Assembly: GCA_037447605.1 (NCBI GenBank)
Contig: CM074806.1
Span: 248,001 to 312,000 of the forward strand
From: Zygnema circumcarinatum SAG 698-1b
Lineage: Eukaryota > Plantae > Zygnematophyceae
Length of the DNA: 64,000 bases
Direction of reading: 5' to 3'
This document shows positions 34,802-47,853 of the stretch, in pieces. The notes under the pieces were generated by a model. It was given only the letters and a program-made list of their open reading frames with translations, searched no databases and had not been told where the DNA came from. The translations under genes were made by a program, and so were the position numbers. Positions within the stretch are counted from its first letter, which is position 1. Each line of letters begins with the position of its first letter.

Positions 34802-36039
34802 CTGAAAAAAGAAAAGCAACTTCCCTCCCTCCCTCCCTCCCACCCTCCCTCGGCTTTGCCCCCCTCGACCTTGCCTCCCTCGGCCGTGCCCACCTAACTC
34901 AAACCCTTACCCTAATCCTCACCCTTGGCCTTGCCCCCTCGGCCTTGCCCCCATCGGGCTTCCTCCCCTCGGCCTTGCCCCCATCGGGCTTCCTCCCCTC
35001 GGCCTTGCCCACTCGGCCTTGGCCTTGCCCCCCTCGGCCGTGGCCCTCTCGGCCTTGCCCCCCTCGGCCATGGCCCTCTCGGCCTTGCCCCCCTCGGCCA
35101 TGGCCCTCTCGGCCTTACTCCCCTCGGCCTTGGCCCCTCAACCTTGGCCTTGGCCCCCTCGGCCTGGCACCCCACTAACCCTAACCTTAACCCTGACCCT
35201 AAACCTAACCCTGACCCTAACGCTATGGCCTTGCTTCCCTCGGCCTTTGCCCCCCTGGCCTTTGCCCTCCTCGGCCTTGCCCCCCTCGGCCTTTGCCCCC
35301 CGCGGCCTTGCCCCCCTCGGCCTTACCCTCCTCGGCCTCTGTCCTCCTCGGCCTTGCCTTTGCCCCCCTCGGCCTTGCCTTTGCCCCCTCGGCATTGCCC
35401 ACTCGGCCTTGGCCTTGCCCCCTCGGCCATGCCCCTCTCGGCCTTACTCCCCTCGGCCTTGGCCCCTCAACCTTGGCCTTGGCCCCCTCGGCCTGGCCCC
35501 CCACTAACCCTAACCCTAACCCTGACCCTAAACCTAACCCTGACCCTAACGCTATGGCCTTGCTTCCCTCAGCCTATGCCCCCCTCGGCCTTGCCCCCCT
35601 CGGCCTTTCCCCCCTCGGCCTTGGCCTTGCCGGCCTCGGCAGGCCCCCCTCTAACCCTAACCCTGACCCTAAACCTAACCCTGACCCTAACCCTAACCCT
35701 AACTCTAACCCTATGGCCTTGCTTCCCTCGGCCTTTGCCCCCCTCGGCCTTTGCCCCCCTCGGCCTTGCCTCTCTCGGCCTTGGCCCCCTTTGCCTTGCC
35801 GCCCTCTAACCCTAACCCTAACCCTAACCCTAACTCTAACCCTAACCCTGACCCTAACCCTAACCCTAACCCTAACCCTATGGCCTTGCCACACTCTAAC
35901 CCTAACCCTAACCATGACCCTAACGCTATGGCCTTGCCCCCCTCGGCCTTGCCCCCATCGGCCTTGCCCCCCTCGGCCTTGCCCCCTCGGCGTTACCCCC
36001 CTCGGCCTTTGCCTTGGCCCTCCTTGGCGAGCCGCCAAG

Positions 36040-36785
36040 CTACCCAACTCAAGGCAGAATGAAGAAGGCCTTCTCCACCCTCCCCTTTGTAGGAGGGTCC
36101 CACGCCAGGTTGCGAACGCGCGAGCCGCCTGGCCCGCCCCGCGAAGGGGTCGGCGCGCGCGTCCAAGAGGGAACGCACATGCGCCGACCCGCGTGCGCGC
36201 GTCGGGACGCGCCAGCGCGAGTCCCGACGCGCCGCCACTAACCCCCTTATCAACCACGTGGCGAAAACAGATTCACACAGCCATAGTGCGGACTGACACA
36301 CCACTGCTGTCGCGCCACGTGCCTCCTCGTACCTGAAATTTTGTGCCGCGCGCCACCGAGCCGCCGCCAGTCACGAGCGGACGCGGTCAAAGCCACCGAC
36401 ACGCCCGTCCGCGAGCATTCAAGGGCCAGGGCGGGGTTCGGCCACGCGGCGGGCATGCAGGCCCGTTGCACGTCCGAGGTGGTCTCGCGGCGCCACGCGG
36501 CGCGGGCTCGCGCGAGAACGGAAGTCTGCCCCATGGAACGCGCGTGCATGTTTCCGACGCGTGGCGGGCTCTCCTGTCCTTTCTGCTCCGGCGCGCTTCA
36601 GCGGCCCCCCCCCCGCGCGTGTGAGGGGGTGGAGCTCAGCCCGCGATCGCACGGGCTGGCCCGCCCCTCCAAAAGGCCAAAGTGCGCGAGGGAGGGAGGG
36701 AGTCAGGGAGCGAGGGAGGGCCAGAGAGTGGGCCAGTATAAAGGAGGGGCAAAGGGCCAATGGGCGGGCGGCGGTCGGTGGGGCG
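36040..36785 (-). mobile_element. Inverted copy of the GC-rich dispersed repeat, lacking the TRIMs
   Basis: Reverse complement aaatttcaggtacgaggaggcacgtggcgcgacagcagtggtgtgtcagtccg matches 9575-9630 plus 10094 onward with a single GTGTC. It also matches 9172-9330 and 11300-11460. Confidence 0.75.
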
Positions 36786-37269
36786 TACGAGCAGGTCGAA
36801 CACTATTGGTCCTCGTGTCACACATCTCGTGCCAGGTGGTTTAAACACTCACTTTTTGATATCCTTGCTGATGTGTACAAAAAAGTACAGTACAAAAACA
36901 ATTCGTATGACGCATATAGCCGCAGATGTGAGATTTCCTGTGATACTGTAACAGCACACAGATCAGGCATACATCACGCTATCCCAGTTGCCGTACTTTC
37001 TTACTCCGACGTTTCCCGCCCGAATACTGGAAAGTGAAAAGTGGATTTATTTGACTGGTTGCTGGAGAAGCAGCAGAGAGAGGTCGATGTGCGGCTCAAG
37101 GAAAGGAGGCAGCCCCTCCTGCAAGGTCAAAAGAGAGATGGCTGAAAGAGGGTGAGAGTGAGGGTGAAGGGAAAGGGAAACGCTGGCAAGGAAGGTATTG
37201 TTGGTGGGGGAAGTCTCTGGATCTGAGGAACAAGGAGGAGGAGGAGGAGGAGGAGGAGGAGGAGAGCAA

Positions 37270-39710
37270 ATGAAGCGGAAGCAGTCGAAGGTGCTGCTTG
37301 CTTGCTTGCCGCTGCTGTTTTTGGCATTCCAAGAGTATGGCTTGTTTCACAAGCAGGCAATTGGCTGTGTTAGCTAAAGAATGCACGTTGCAGACATGCG
37401 GCTAAAAAAAAAATCACAATTTCGTTTGGCTGTTAATTACAATAGGGCAACGTTTGATTGAAATCAACTATCCAAACGCTTTGCTGGAAACTGCAGTTTT
37501 AAGAAGTCGACTGAAATTCGCATTTCTTTTTCTAGATTCAACCCTGCTATTTTCAGCGCCCTAAATCGTGCATGCCATCCGCTGTAGAACTAATTTATGC
37601 GTAATGTATACATATATATATATATTCAAACCAACTATGATACATTTCCATGGCTAGTGAATGTTGCAGCCTTGCCTGCCTTGCAGAAGCTCCAAAGCGG
37701 CAACGGCGTACAAGCTTTAATCAGAGCAGCCAACGCGAGAGCACTTTCGTTGGAAGATTTTTCGCCCTTCAAATATTTTGACCAAAATGGTGTGCTTTTC
37801 TTTTTTTATTTTAGAATCGTTTGAATAGAAATACCTGCTACTCTCTCTCTCTCTCTCTCTCTCTCGTTCTTTCTCTTTCTCACTTGTAGTAACTTAACTC
37901 AGATTTGCACAGTCAAAGTCACACAGAACGATATGGTTCGTGATAGAAAGTGCATTGGCTTATCTTGCGATTGACTGACGATCTGGACCACGATATTCGT
38001 CGGTTGAGATCTTCGCATTTATGACGTATCTTGGATGGTTTTTACTTTGCTTCTCAGGAGTGAAGGTGGAGCTTGAATACACAACTGCTAACGATTTATC
38101 TGTGGAGGTCCAAGACTACATGCTATGGCTTCTGAAAGTACGGAAACATCGTCGACCAGTGGGCAAACGCTTAGATTATCCATTTCTTCTACCTTGCAAG
38201 AGTGTGCGATTTCGTTTTTCTTGTGGAGCACCGTCTAACTTCTCAAACAAGGCAGAATGTTGCAGGCAAACATGGCTGAAAAATATGGAGGACGTTGGCA
38301 AAAACAGGAGAAGATAAAACGTATAGAAATGCTAGAACCTGATGCGCGGTATCTGCTCCTAAAGAAGAACACGCAGTGTTGCTCTAAAGAAGATGCCCTT
38401 CTTGAAGCTTCACCGCTGCATTCTGATGCCGCTTTCACCAAAGGTAGAACGAAAGAAATCTCGAGAGTTTCTTGTCACTTGGCTGGTTTTGTGCAATTCC
38501 GTTTTGTGGAAGAAGAAGGCTCGGCTGTACTGTACGTCTATGAATTACAATTGGAACCGTCGGCGCAAGGCAAAGGCCTGGGCTCGTTTCTAATGGAACT
38601 TCTTGAACTCATAGCTCGACAGGTGAGGAATTCAAAGCTTTTGCACCTGATTTTGTGGTCATTTGCATGAGAGCAGAGCGAGAATTGGATTTTATTTGAA
38701 TTTTTTTTTTGTTATTTTGTTCTGGTTCAGATGTGGTGGCTGTGAAGGGGATCAGCTAGGTACTGCAAGGGAGTGTGTGAGATGAAACCGACTGAGGAGG
38801 GATTGTGAGAGTCTAGATTGCAAGAGGCATTTAACTAAATCGAGGCCAAAGACCTTAACAGAGTGACTGGAATAGCACGATATCTCAAAGACTTTCAGTT
38901 TTCGAAGGTTTTACAGTATTGCTGTCACTTATACTGCATGCTGTTCGTGACTGCCTCTGCAGGGGAATATGGAAGGCATCATGCTAACCGTTCAGAAGAA
39001 AAACTCTTGCGCCTTGAAGTTCTATCTTCACAAGTTGAAGTAGGTCAGCTGCCGCGCATCTTGAGCAGCTTGCATCCTGCATGGCATCTTACTGCAAAGG
39101 TCAGAAATTCTGTATTCTGGACGATGCATGCAGGCATGCGTTCTGTCCATGTTTTGTTGCGCAGATCTTTCCAGACTTGACGCGTTTCTAAATTGGTGGA
39201 TGCTTCCAGTTTCCGCATCGCTGATATCTCTCCCAGCGTATGTGACCCATCTGTAAGTAGACACTTACTTCCCATAACATACATATAGCAATCCATCTCC
39301 TTGCAAACCGTTGCAAACCGTTTTGCTCAAAACCTTCATTTTGGACTTTCTGCAGAGTGAAACTGCTCATGCGTTTGTATGCGATTGTACTGTTCATTAT
39401 CTGGACGCATAGTTGATTTACAGCATTTTGAGACTCCTAAGAGGACTCCTCCCTCACTCTCNNNNNNNNNNTTAGGGCAAGCTTTTTTTTTTTTTTTTTT
39501 TTGTACAGGTGTATCGTTCCTTATCTTCTTCTTTGTTTGACCTTTGATCGTTGGGCCATTTCGAGTATTTCAGTAAAATTCAATCTGTGTTTGAAGTATG
39601 CATTCGATGACTCGAAAGCCTATGCAATGTTTGAACCGTTTTTAGAAGAGAGGGCAAGGAATCAACAGAAACGGTTACCTGAGCCAACGTGCGGTGACAG
39701 AACCGGTTAA
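37270..39710 (+). CDS. NAA40: N-alpha-acetyltransferase 40 (NatD, GNAT)
   Basis: MKRKQSK|KLQSGNGVQALIRAANARALSLEDFSPFKYFDQN|GVKVELEY..WLLK|ANMAEKYGGRW..EMLEPDARY..AGFVQFRFVEEEGSAVLYVYELQLEPSAQGKGLGSFLMELLELIARQ|GNMEGIMLTVQKKN..FY..|FRIADISPS. The last exon is uncertain because a scaffold gap lies at 39462-39471. Confidence 0.88.
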
Positions 39711-40676
39711 CCGCCGTTACCGAATGAGGTAACAGACCTCCCCGAGGTGACCGGCGGCACGAGAACATGAGTTGGCATTGGTCTCATGCATGGACAAAAG
39801 CAACACGGGAAACCACGAAGAATGGGTTCCAAAGGACCTAATAATAAAGCAGCACATGCCTCAAAGTGCTTTTAAACACTGCTTAAACAAAAAGGGAATG
39901 TCAAAATTAACAAAATTTTAACTAAAAGTTTAGAGTTTTTAATGTTGCCAACTTGAAATTGCTTATTGCTCTATTTCCTTCGACGGAATTTTAAAAAGTT
40001 TGACATACCCCATTAGAAATGGCCGTGCGTTTTTCCTCGGATAATGATGAGTGGAGTCCAGAACTGCCACATGGTTGCCTCTCTGCACGCCACGTAGCAC
40101 CAGTCACCTTACACAGTGACGGGGCTATGTGCAGACCGTACAGTTCTAGAACTGTAACTGAACCAAAACTGGCTTAAACGAACACGGAAACGCTCCTTAT
40201 TGGAACCTTCTTCACAGTAAAAGGTGGCCTGCTTTGAACTCTGGGAGGAAAGGAAGCTGAAGGTGGGGAGGGGGGCTCTACCCATGAGGGTTCAGGGATT
40301 CAGGGTTTTAGAAGTTGGGTTTTCAGCAGTAAGGGAATTAGGGTTGGGAATGTGGGTCTGTGGGATCTTGCACATTTTGAAAATAGTGTTTCTCTGCCCA
40401 TAAGTTAGGCAGTTTGCAGTTTGAAATGGGCGAATGCTCTAGAGAAAAGGGTTTCCGATGGGTTTAGGGTTCAGACTTGCATTGTGTGGTGAGGTGGTAT
40501 GTGGAGGGACGGAGAGGGGAGAAGGGAGGGAGAGGGGGAGAAAGGAAAGAGAAAGGAGTGAAGTGGGGAAGAGGGAGAGGAGAGGAAAGGAGAGGAGAGA
40601 GGGGATTAAGGAGAGTGGAAAATAGAGGGTAGGAAAGGAGTGGGAGGAAAATGTGTAGAGGAGACAGCAGAGGAAA

Positions 40677-40712
<36 letters not shown>

Positions 40713-40940
40713 AGGCAGGGAGAGAAAGAGGTTAGCGAGTAGGAAGTGAATGGAAGTTACATAGACATCGTTCAACTGTTAATCTCTCGAATTTCTATTG
40801 CTGATATAAAAAAAAATGTATTTTACCGCAACATATCTTGCTGAACTTGAAACTACATTATTAATTCTTTAGTTATCTCATTTTGGTTTATTTTATTGTT
40901 GCTCGCAGCCAAGTATTTATTGTAGCAGAGAACAGCCATA

Positions 40941-43620
40941 ATGGCGGCTGTCGTTAGTGTCGTCTGTCCGCTTCAAATGACTACAAGGTACTTGACATAA
41001 TGGCATCTCTCTGTAATTTCTCTCTCCCCTCTCTCTCTCTCTCTCGCTCTCTCTCTCTCTCCCTTTCCCTCTCTCTCTCCCTTCCCCACTTCTGTCCATT
41101 TAAGACAATGCTAGAAGTATCGTTCGTCTTTCATTAAACTGCCATTTTTTTAAGATGCCATTGTTTGCTGCATTTTGCTCTTTACATGTTATCTTCATTT
41201 TCTGTGATGAAAAACCATCGTTTGGTAGTGTATCGCGTATGGTTCATTTTCAGGTCAAGTTATGTCGTCTCTTTTCACTTCATCACATTGTGCTGCAGTG
41301 CGTTTTTTTGCCAGCGATGATGAACTCTCAAGTTAATCTATATTCTTCAACCTCTTTCCCTACTCTTTCTCTCTCTCCCACCCTTCCCCCCTTCCTCTCT
41401 GCATTCCTCTCCCCCCCTCGTTCCCCACTCTCTCGTCCTCTCTCCCTCATATCTCCCCCCACTCGCTCCTCTCTTTATCTCCTCCTCTTCCCCTCTCTCG
41501 CTTTCTCTCCCCCTCCGTCCCCCCACCCCCTCTCTCCCTCCCCGCTTTCTCTCCCTCTCTCCTCCTCCCCCCCTTCTCTCTCTCTCTCCCTCTCTCTGTT
41601 TGCAGCCTCGGAGAGTCGAGCTTTTTGGGTTCTCGAATTTCTGCCCCTCTCACGGCTTCGGTGAAGTCAGCCTCTTTTCGTTCTCTTGTAGCCCGAGCGA
41701 CGAAGTCTCCCGAAACCAAAAGTGAAGATGAGCCAAAATCGAGCTCAAGAAGGTGAAATTGAATTGTGGGACACAATCACATAACGCAAAACTGCAAAGC
41801 ATGATTAGCATTATTCAATATGTGTGCTTTTTTTCTGATTCTTTTCTTTTTCCTTCTCGTTAAAAAGCTATGGATGTGATTTGTTGCTGATACTGTTTAC
41901 GGTTCTATGTGGCAGAGAAATAATGCTGAACTCTTCCACATCCCTCATGCTTGGGGCTCTTTTCAGTTTCAGGTCTGTGTGTGCGCCTCTCTCTCTCTCA
42001 CTCACTCACACTCTCCCTCTCCGTTCCCATTTCTCCTTCTCTACCACTCTCCCTCTCCTATCCCATCCGCCTATGCTCTTGCAATTCATTTTCCTCCTTC
42101 CTCCTCTCCCTCTACTCTCCTGATTTCCTCTCCCACCTATCGCCTCCCTACGATCGTTCCCCTCCTCCCCCTCCTCCCCCTCCTCCCCCACCTCCCCCTT
42201 CCCCGTCCCCCTCTCCCTCGCCCTCTCCCTCTCCCTCNNNNNNNNNNTTCCCCTTCCCCTTCCCCCTCCCCCTCTCCCTCGCCCTCTCCCTCTCCCTTTC
42301 CCACTCCCTCTTCCTCTCCCTCTCCCTCTCCCTCTCCCTCTCCCACACATATCTGATCGACGGATGGCAAGGTGCCACGTGGCGCTGCAGGGGCACTCGC
42401 CCAAGCTTTTTGGGAGTAGGCCAAGACCCCCCCTCCCTCTCCCTCTGCCCTCCCACTCCCAACTGCATCTCAACTTCGGAAGAGCTCAACGACCCCACAC
42501 ACTATGTCCCTCCATGGTGAGGCCTCCAAGAATTTTCATAGTGTCGTTAGGTTTTTAGGGTTTTAGGGTTCCAAGGGTTCTAGTCTTTACCATAATTGGG
42601 ACCCTGAGACCCCCCCCTTCCCCCCTCTCTCACTATCTCACTCTCTCTCTCAACCCTAAATGCCTCTCAAACCCTAAAACTGGGAGGTTTTGTCGCTTGC
42701 AGGACCTACAACCCTCAGGACGGAAGGGGTTACAAGAAGCCCGTGTCTCAAAGCCAAGCCATGGCGGAGCTGTTTGAAGTGGTACAGCCCTTTCTTTGTT
42801 TAATTTCATTTCTAGCCCATCCTCACACATTGTGAAATGTCTGTCATAAAAATCATGTTTTACCTTATGTGCATACTTTGTTCTTTCTTGCTGTCGGTTT
42901 GAACAGGTTTCTTCCACAAAACCGGAAGGTTTTACGCCGACAATAATCAAGAAAACGGACGACTATCTCTATGTGGAATATGAGAGCCCTACTTTTGGAG
43001 TAAGTCTCAACGAGCCTGCTTTATTCAAAATCCCAGAGGGTTGCTTTATTAGGGTTTCAAGTGTTCAAGTTTTTGAGGGTTCAGGGCTTCAAGGCTTCAT
43101 CTCTCCAGAGAAAGAACGAGCTTAAATTGTTAAGTCAGTCAACCCAATGACCGGACGGAGGAACAGGAGGAGCACCGAACTGGCTCCATGTTTGATCCGT
43201 TCCGTTGTCCGTTGCTTCTGACTGTTCCGTCCTCCGTTTCTATGTGACAGTTTGTTGATGACGTTGAGTTCTGGTTTCCCCCCGGAACGCGGTCCCTTGT
43301 GGAGTACCGCTCCGCTTCCCGTCTTGGAGAGAGCGATCTCGATGCGAATCGCAAGAGAATTAGGGTTTGCTCTCTCTCTCTCTCTCTCTCTCTCCCCCAA
43401 CCCCACCCTCTCTCTCTCTCCCTCTTTCTCTGTCTCTGTATCTCCTCTCTCTCCCCCCTTTCTCTCTTTCCCTCTTTCTGTCTCTCCCCTCTCTACCGCT
43501 CTCTCTCTCCCCCTTTTTTTGTACTGTTTGATGATGCTGCCCTCTTTGTTTTACTGCTGATGGGTGCAGTTTATTCGCAAGGAGTTGGAGAAGAAGGGGT
43601 GGGAGTCTGTCGGGTTCTAG
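40941..43620 (+). CDS. DUF1499-family plastid (likely thylakoid-associated) protein
   Basis: Ser/Ala/Arg-rich transit peptide with RR; PSFLGVGQDPPSLSLCPPTPNCISTSEELNDPTHYVPPW|TYNPQDGRG; DDYLYVEYESPTFG|FVDDVEFWF..VEYRSASRLGESDLDANRKRIR|FIRKELEKKGWESVGF*. Confidence 0.88.
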
Positions 43621-44960
43621 AGTTTTGAGCCTTTGAGGAGGTCTGCAGCTTACTGCAAATGAGGAGGTCGCTTCAAACTTTACTTCCAATCTCAACATTT
43701 TGAAAGTTGAAGGCCAAAGGACAAGAGTCAAAAGTGAAAGGTAAATGGAGTTGTGGTAAACGGTCCACCTCCCTCCATGGCCTCCATCGTTAACGGTTTG
43801 CGAAGAAGCGAACTGAAGCGGAAACGGACACTGCTCTTTTTGCCACGCGAGTCGCAGACAGAACAATTTTGTATCGTCTTTAATTTCTTCTTGTTTGCTA
43901 TTTTTGCCTTTCTTAAACCAATATCGAAGCCACAAAGTGTGTGTGTGCGTATGTGGATGGGAGAGAGAGAGAGATAGAGAAAGAGAGAGAGAGAAGATGG
44001 GAGAGAGTGAAAGAAAGCGACAGCGACACCTACAAATCACACTTTCAAGCTCTCCCTTTGGCTGCTCCAAATCCTTCACCACTTATTAACACAAAGTCAC
44101 CCACTTTACAAGTACTAAAAACAAATGGACTTTGTTCTGAAAGAGGAGAAGGGGCGATGGACTTGTAATTACATTTCCCTGCCATCGTCGACATGAAACA
44201 TCACCTTTATTCTCCCTCCCCTCTCTCAATGCACAGCCGCATTACCATCACCTCTACTCTCTCTCACTCGCTCTCTTCACTTGTGAGTGAGAGACAAAAT
44301 TTATGCCAAATGACTACCTTGGCCATCTAACCCTAAAGCCTTCGCCTTGCTACCACAATGGAAGGAAAATTAGAACCAAACAAAAAAATATCACAGTCAC
44401 TGTAATAGGGAGGAAGAGGAGAGGGGGGGGGAGGCAGGGGATAAGGACGCACAGATTAAAGCATCAAAAAGAGACTCTGCAGCCTCCTCTCCCTCACTCT
44501 ATGTTGCCTTGTCCCTCTCTCCGTCGCCTTCTTCACCTCTCCCTCTACCTCTGCCTCACTCACTGCCTACCCATCACCCGCCATTCTGCCCTTTTTCCCG
44601 CGCTCCCCTCTCTCTCTCAAGCCTTCCTTCTCGCTTCCTTTCTAACTTCCTTCTCCCTCTCAGCCCCCTTCTCTCCCCCTCCCTCACCTCCCCACTGCCT
44701 CCCCCCTCCCTCCTCCCTCCATCCCTCCCTTGCCTCCCCCCTATCTCCCTCCCTCCCCCTCCCTCCCCTCTCCCCCCCTCCCTCCCCTCTCCCTCCCTCC
44801 CCTCTCCCTCCCTCCCTCCCCTCNNNNNNNNNNCCCTCCCTCCCCTCTCCCTCCCTCCCTCCCCTCTCCCTCCTCCCTCCCTCCCCTCTCCCTCCCCTCT
44901 CCCTCCCTCCCTCCCCTCTCCCTCCCTCCCTCCCTCCTCCCTCCCTCCCCCAAAACAGAC

Positions 44961-46499
44961 CTACTCTGGCCTTTGGCTCAAAGGCATGGCTTTCCTTTCC
45001 CTCCATGGTCCAAACAAGTTTTGAGCGAGTCTCTCAACTTGCGTTGCGACATTATCCCATTGAATGAAGTCGGGCCAATTTCCCGTCACATGTTTTGGCC
45101 CCGCCCATGGCTTCTCACTCACATAGTGCAAAAAAACAGGTTCCACTTCACCGCGAAGACTCGCCTCCACTGACCATGATATGTGAGCAAACCTGGAAAA
45201 AAATGACAATAATAATAAAAAGAGTGCCCTATAAAAGGGGAGAGGGAGGAGAAGTGTTGAAGAAATCCCGTGTCGTCATTGTTGCTTTCCCTTTTTTAAC
45301 AATTTTGTTTTTTGATGTTTACCTCTTGTGTACATGCCGCCACGGTATATTTCTGTCGAGGAAGTATTTTGTGATAAAGTATTCATCAGGACCCGCCATG
45401 GCTTGCGGGTTTCCTATACTTGAGACGCGTGCAAGCTGCTTGATTTCTTCATAGACTTCAATGTCCGGCTTCAAGAGAAGCAATGAACCTGGACACATGC
45501 ATGGGTAAGGGAACAGAGGACATGGACATTAACGAACAAGAAAGGAAATATCTACTTCACAGTACCAATCCACGAGAAGGCCACAAAACAAACACTTTCA
45601 CACATTTCATGCAGCAAAAAGCATGCATGTATGCATGAATGCATAATGCATACGCGGTGTCATCCGAACATACAAAAGTGTCCGACATGTGTGCATTGCC
45701 TGCATGCATCACACACATATTTCATGTTTCCCCTCCTTCCTTGCCTCCCCCTTTCCCTTCCCCCTTCGGCAGCCCTCCCTGCCTCCCTCCCTCCATTTCC
45801 CCTCCCTCACTTCCTCCCTCCCCCCACTTCGTGTTTCCCTCCCTCCCTGCCACCCTCCATGCCATCTTCTCTCCTGCCTGCCCTGCCTGTTCTCCTTGCC
45901 CTCCCTGCCCACCCTGCCCTCCTCCCCTCCTCTCCCCTCCCCTCCCCTCNNNNNNNNNNCCCTTCCGTCCCCTCCCACACCTGCAATGGCGTAGTGGTTC
46001 CCTGTCATGCTTTTGACCACCTCGCTCCGCTGCAGCTCCTTCCCGTGCATCCTTTGTTGCGCCGACAAATCCCACCGCAGACTGTCGCACACGCCAGCTG
46101 GCGCGCTCAGATTGAACAGCTCATCGGGGGGCCCAACGCAGAGCATGTCGGCGTCCAAAAAGGCGACTTTCTCGTACTGAAGGAGCGCAAATACGTTAAA
46201 TTTAGTTAAGCAGGACTGCAGCCATGGCGAATACATGTGCCCGAAGCGCACTTGCCGGCGCTGCTGCACAGGCAGAGAGGCGGCGATGGGGGTCACGACC
46301 ACGACGTAGTCCCACACGTCTTCAAGGGCGGCGCGGATGGAGGGGTCGGCGATGATGTCGGATGTGGCCATGCAGATCATGTCCGCATGGGTGCCATGCG
46401 CGCGCAGAGAGCGGCCCAGGACGAGGGCGCCGCAGACGTAGCTCTTGTTGTGCATCACGAGGGTGGCCCAAGCGTAGGGAGGGGAGGGGGAGGCCTCTC

Positions 46500-46533
<34 letters not shown>

Positions 46534-46593
46534 TTCTGATTCTCCTGCTTTCGCTGCTGCAGGACGGTTGAGAGAACTACTGCCACCAGCCAT
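44961..46593 (-). CDS. GT8 glycogenin-like glycosyltransferase, 3 exons
   Basis: YAWATLVMHNKSYVCGALVLGRSLR; LTKFNVFALLQYEKVAFLDADML (DxD); |GSLLLLKPD..GPDEYF; |FLHYVSEKPW..WPDF (HxxxxKPW). Confidence 0.88.
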
Positions 46594-47811
46594 TTGCTTG
46601 ACGCGGCGGGGGAGGGAGAGAGGGAGAGAGGGAGAGAGGGAGAGAGGGAGAGGGAGAGACAGAGACCGACGTAGGCAAAGAGGAAGAAGGAAGAGGAAAA
46701 TGCTACCTTCAATTGTACCCTAATTTCCCAAAAAATCTCTCTCGTCTAGCAGATGGTTCGTCTGGCTGCTCGAATTTGGGCTTGCAGCCGCCAGAGAGTC
46801 GAGCAAAACATAGGTTCCAGAGTCGAATTGCAGAGGATAGCGATTTGCTGCAAGTCCCTGCGTACAAATTAGGGTTAATTGCTAAACATTAGGGTTCAGA
46901 ATTAGGGCCGGCATTAGGGTTCAGGATCAGAAATTTCGCTTCCAGTGTTGCAGGATTAAGCTTCCTGTTGTTGCTGATGTAGAATTCTTTTTGTTTTTTC
47001 GGGAAATGATGAACTTCGCCACATTCTTCTACAGTCGTCAAAAAAAAAATAAAAGAAATCATCGTGGAATGCAGTAGAGCTTTTGAAGCAGAGTTTGGAT
47101 TAGGGTTTGCTAATGAGACTTCCAAAAACTCATACCGTTCACACTACAGCGACGATTAGTGCTTCATGCTCACACTGTCGTCAAGAAAACGACATTTCTA
47201 ATCTCGAAGCACGCGCTCACATGTGAATTATGGAAACCGAGTGTTCACACTGTCACAAAGACGGTCTCCATCGGAACGCAGTCTGAACAGGGACGCGGGT
47301 CACAACGACGGCCCAATAGTTGTTCTAGACTGTGTTCACACTGGACCTCTAGTCCGTTTCCAGACCCACTTTCGCACGTGTGGGAGCAGCCCAGGACGGT
47401 CCACCTGCCACGTGGACGCCCTGCATGCTACACAACCCCAAAACCCCATCCTGACCGTCCGTTTTGTTTTTCTATACATCCAACGGCCAAGATCTACTCC
47501 CGCCAGTCTCAACCAATTCCAGCAAACGGAAGCTTTCCCTGCCGGAACAAATGTTTCCATCTGACCGAACCCTCTTTTGGCGTAATCGCAATTGTCCATA
47601 TTGAATATTTCATCCAGATCGGACGGTGTGAGTTTCTCTCAGTACGTCATTGACCGAGCCTCTAGTGGACCTCTCTGAACCGTCGATGGAATTCAATCGG
47701 ACAGTCCAAAAAGTTTTAAGCCATAGTCGCAATTTCTGCCCGTTTATCCGGTCACAGAGTATAACACAAACTCGGGCAGCCCAAAAAAAACGTTTTTCCA
47801 TTAACGTTTCC

Positions 47812-47820
47812 AAACCCTAG
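47812..47820 (+). promoter_or_regulatory. Telo-box AAACCCTAG upstream of RPL35
   Basis: Exact motif about 35 nt before the ATG. The telo-box is an established motif of plant translation-machinery promoters. Confidence 0.55.
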
Positions 47821-47853
47821 CTTGGCAGTGGAGCTGCCGAGGAGGACGCAGCC

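Larger units (their letters stand above)
29735..36010 (+). repeat. ~6.3-kb compound satellite: 14-mer CCCCCTCGGCCTTG variants interleaved with (CCCTAA)n-type telomeric repeats
   Basis: Dense ggcctt/gccccc/ctcggc units with blocks such as ctaaccctaaccctgaccctaaacctaaccc. The longest telomere-like run is at ~35805-35880. Higher-order units of 0.7-1.2 kb are marked by a unique spacer. Confidence 0.92.

Noticed and set aside
31538-34850. CRISPR-like repeat-spacer array
   Set aside because: Here the unique-looking spacer is the conserved part and the units are 0.7-1.2 kb. The context is eukaryotic with no cas genes.
30141-36336. Dozens of overlapping 100-350-aa ORFs
   Set aside because: They are translations of the satellite (PPSAL, NPNP, LTLT) and carry no coding signal.
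43700-44300. Extra gene between DUF1499 and GT8
   Set aside because: Only short ORFs with no recognisable motifs; consistent with convergent 3' UTRs.
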